64,000 nucleotides of DNA. It comes from Octopus sinensis. Taxonomy: Eukaryota. The notes below the pieces were generated by a model. That model had not been told where the DNA came from and did not search any database. It saw only the letters and a program-made list of their open reading frames with translations. The DNA lies in assembly GCF_006345805.1 (NCBI RefSeq), contig NC_043014.1:10788001-10852000 (forward strand). The letters run 5' to 3'. Positions 60,965-64,000 of the stretch are shown one piece after another. Position 1 is the stretch's first letter. Every line of letters starts with the position of its first letter. Made by a program: the position numbers and the translations under genes.

Positions 60965-61480
60965 AACAGAAGGCGATGAACTGGCAGAAGAGTTAGCTTG
61001 CTAGACAAAATGATTTGCGGCATTTCTCCCGGCTCTTTACGTTCAGTGTTCAAGTTCCGTCGAGGTTTATTCTGCTTTTCATCTACTCAGGGTCGATAAA
61101 ATATATCCCAATCGAGTACAGGGGCCGATGTAGTCGACTTGCTCCCACCTCTAAGATTTCTGTCTTTGTGCTCAAAATCAGAAAGAACTATGAAATTCCT
61201 ACAGAAAAGAGATAATATAAATATGCACAAGGAAAAGGGATGGAATAGGGTTGGAAAAGGGATCAGGAAAGGTTGATTAACGCAATCCTCTCTGCTATCG
61301 GCACAAGCTTGAATTCTGGTGGGGGGTGCCAGTCCATTAGATCGACCCCAATAGGAAACTGATACTTAATTTATCGATCCCCGAAAGGATGAAAGGCAAA
61401 GTTGACCTCGGTGGAATTTGAACTCAGAACGTAACGGCAGACAAAATACCCATTTCTTTACTACCCACAAGGGGCTAAAC
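60965..61480. mobile_element. Two diverged SINE-A copies (+ then -)
   Basis: Family match. Confidence 0.7.
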
Positions 61481-61788
61481 ACGTGAAATTACACAAGGAA
61501 AATGAAATATCTCCTAATTGATATTTTCCCAATAGTCAACAGTTTAGTCTTTGGGAAGACCACCTCCTAGCTATAGTATTCCAAACGCTGCTTTAAATCT
61601 ATCCCTATCGAGACGACTAGAGAGCCTCTACATTATATACTATATACTGGAGCCAGCTAAAGTAAATGTGAGTGCCATCATTTCATCAGGCCCCGGATGA
61701 GTTTACTAACTTCTTTAGGTTTATTAACTTCTTTAGGCCTTGAGAGAACACAACCATATCTTTCCTTGGGTGAGTGCAATAATCTATT

Positions 61789-62200
61789 CAGGCCCCGAGC
61801 GAATTTAATAGCTCATTCAGGCCCCGAGTGAATGTAATAGCTCATTAGGGCCCTGAGTGAATGTAATAGCTCATTCAGGACCCGAGTGAATGTAATAGCT
61901 CATTAGGGCCCTGAGTGAATGTAATAGCTCATTCAGGCCCCGAGTGAATGTAATAGCTCATTAGGGCCCCGAGTGAATGTAATAGCACATTAGGGCCCCG
62001 AGTGAATGTAATAGCTCATTAGGGCCCCGAGTGAATGTAATAGCTCATTAGGGCCCTGAGTGAATGTAATAACTTATTCAGGCCATGAGTGAATGTAATA
62101 ATTTATTCAGGCCCCGAATGAATAGTCTATTCAGGACCCCTGAGAGTGCAGTAATTCATTCAGGCCCTGAGTGAGTGCAACTATTTCTTCATGCCTTGGG
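61789..62200. repeat. 29-bp minisatellite, ~14 units
   Basis: Unit GGCCC(C/T)GAGTGAATGTAATAGCTCATT(CA/AG), decaying at both ends; no spacers. Confidence 0.9.
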
Positions 62201-63346
62201 TGAGTGTAATAAATTATACTGAAAAAGTGTTTCTAATCTCTCATGGATCAATACGTTGAAATTGTAGCCATGTCAATGGTAGTTAAAATAACGATAATTG
62301 TATTTGTGAAAATGACGCTGCTGGCGTAGTTAAGCATAGTAACGGTCATGATCGTGTTAATATAGCAATGGTTAGGGCATATGTCCCTGCATAATGTTTG
62401 CTAGATTCCGTAGACGTCAGTGACCACACAGTAATTTTATTACAATTCATTAAAGAAATGAATTATTTCCTCTAGTCATTAAGAAATTTTGAAATCGCTT
62501 TAAGCGTCAGAGTTAAGCTTCGGTTGACGTTCGTGAGACTGAATATCTAGTCTGCTAAGCATAATGTCGGCTTTAGCTCTTAGCCACATGCAGCTGCTGT
62601 TAGAGATCAACGAATTCGCGAGGTAGTTGAACTTTTGACGGCGACACTTGTCAGCCATCACTCTATCCACAGTGCTGACATTTCTGACGATTTAATCGTC
62701 AGAGGTGAATGAACTCCATCGGAATTTAAATATTGTAAAACTATAAACTAAATACGTTGATCTCTTAAATCGGCTTCAAGAAGAATGGACTGTTTTACGT
62801 TTGAGAGTCTCCAGTGGGGAGCAAGTGACATAAGTGTGATGAAGAAGCAGCCGTTGAATAACTGGATTTCTTACAAAATTTAAAGGATTCTTGTATAGAA
62901 GAGAGAGAGAGAGAGAGGGAAGGGTGGATGATATGTTGCTGTAATTATTTCTTTCTAAAAAGTCAATTTTCTCGCTGATCAAGTGAAATAAGCAGGAAAG
63001 AGAAACGATATTTTATACTGGAGTCAGCTAAATTAAATGTGGAGCAATCTAAATTGAAAGGGAAAAAGGAAATGAATTCTACATTTGTATAATAATGATA
63101 TAAGTGCGGAATAAAATGACTTCGTTTTCAACGTGATGTTTAATTATTATCGTCCAGAACATCAGGGCATTTACCTTCTTATCTATTACATAAGAGTTCT
63201 CGAATTCACTCCTGCTGTCATCCATAAACAACACATATTTCTTATTCTTATTCGTTTTCTTTGGGTTTTCATTGTGACTAAACCAAGGTTTGAAGCTCTA
63301 ATTTCAGAGCTGCATAACTTCAATATTAAGTCTAAGTTAAGTCTAA

Positions 63347-64000
63347 TGGCAGCGAGCTGACAGAAACGTTAGCACACCGGGCGAAATGCTCAGCAGCATT
63401 TCGTCTGTCGCTACGTCCCGAGTTCAAATTCCGCCGAAGTCGACTTGGCCTTTCATCCTTTAGGGGTCGATTAAATAAGTACCAGTTACGCTCTGGGGTC
63501 GATATAATCGACTTAATCTGTTTGTCTGTCCTTGTTCGTCCCCCTCTGTGTTTAGCCCCTTGTAGGTAGTAAAGAAATAGAATATATTCCCCCCTGTGGG
63601 CAGTAAAGAAATAAGAATCGTTAGCACGCCGGGCCATCCGTCTTTACGTTCTGAGTTCAAATGCTGCCGAGGTCAACTTTGCTCTTCATCCTTTCGGGGT
63701 CGATTAAATAAGTACCAGTTACGCACTGGGGTCGATATAATCGACTTAATCCGTTTGTCTGTCCTTGTTTGTCCCTTCTGTGTTTAGCCCCTTGTGGGTA
63801 GTAAAGAAATAGGTATTTCGTCTGCAGCTACGTTCTGAGTTCAAATTCCGCCGAGGTCAACTTTGCCTTTCATCCTTTCGGGGGTCGATTAAATAAGTGC
63901 TAGTTACGCACTGGGGTCGATATAATCGACTTCATCAGTTTGTCTGTCCTTGTTTGTCCCCTCTGTGTGTAGCCCCTTGTGGGTAGTAAAGAAATAAGAA
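63347..64000 (+). mobile_element. SINE-A concatemer running off the window
   Basis: At least 3 units. Confidence 0.85.

Noticed and set aside
61789-62200. CRISPR-like 29-bp repeats
   Set aside because: Units are contiguous with no unique spacers; eukaryotic context.
62683-62703. TCTGACGAT/ATCGTCAGA hairpin with CTGACGA on both strands
   Set aside because: Simple 9-bp inverted repeat; no GAAA or stem III.

Overview
AT-rich, repeat-dominated animal genomic DNA. From my recollection of its SINE families and microsatellite load it is probably an octopus/cephalopod; this is an inference, not a database result. I cannot confidently identify a host protein-coding gene, and nearly all listed ORFs are microsatellite or SINE translations. 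Recognisable coding sequence is all transposon-derived: three Tx1/L1-clade LINE copies stacked in one (TATC)n tract (one has a near-complete APE-RT ORF2), RTE fragments, Tc1 and mariner remnants, and dozens of tRNA-derived SINEs of three families (working labels SINE-A, -B, -C). Several SINE-A insertions are head-to-tail concatemers bounded by a single target-site duplication (TSD). The main unexplained signal is a set of type I hammerhead-ribozyme (HHR) motifs from about eight unrelated non-coding families, folded by hand. (i) A dense cluster of Penelope-pLTR-like modules sits in (TA)n tracts at 52.8-56.7 kb; it includes a perfect 437-bp palindrome with a complete canonical HHR in each arm. 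(ii) Two tandem-repeat families (~325 bp and ~369 bp units) carry one HHR core per intact unit, the architecture of non-LTR retrozymes. Activity of any of these is untested.
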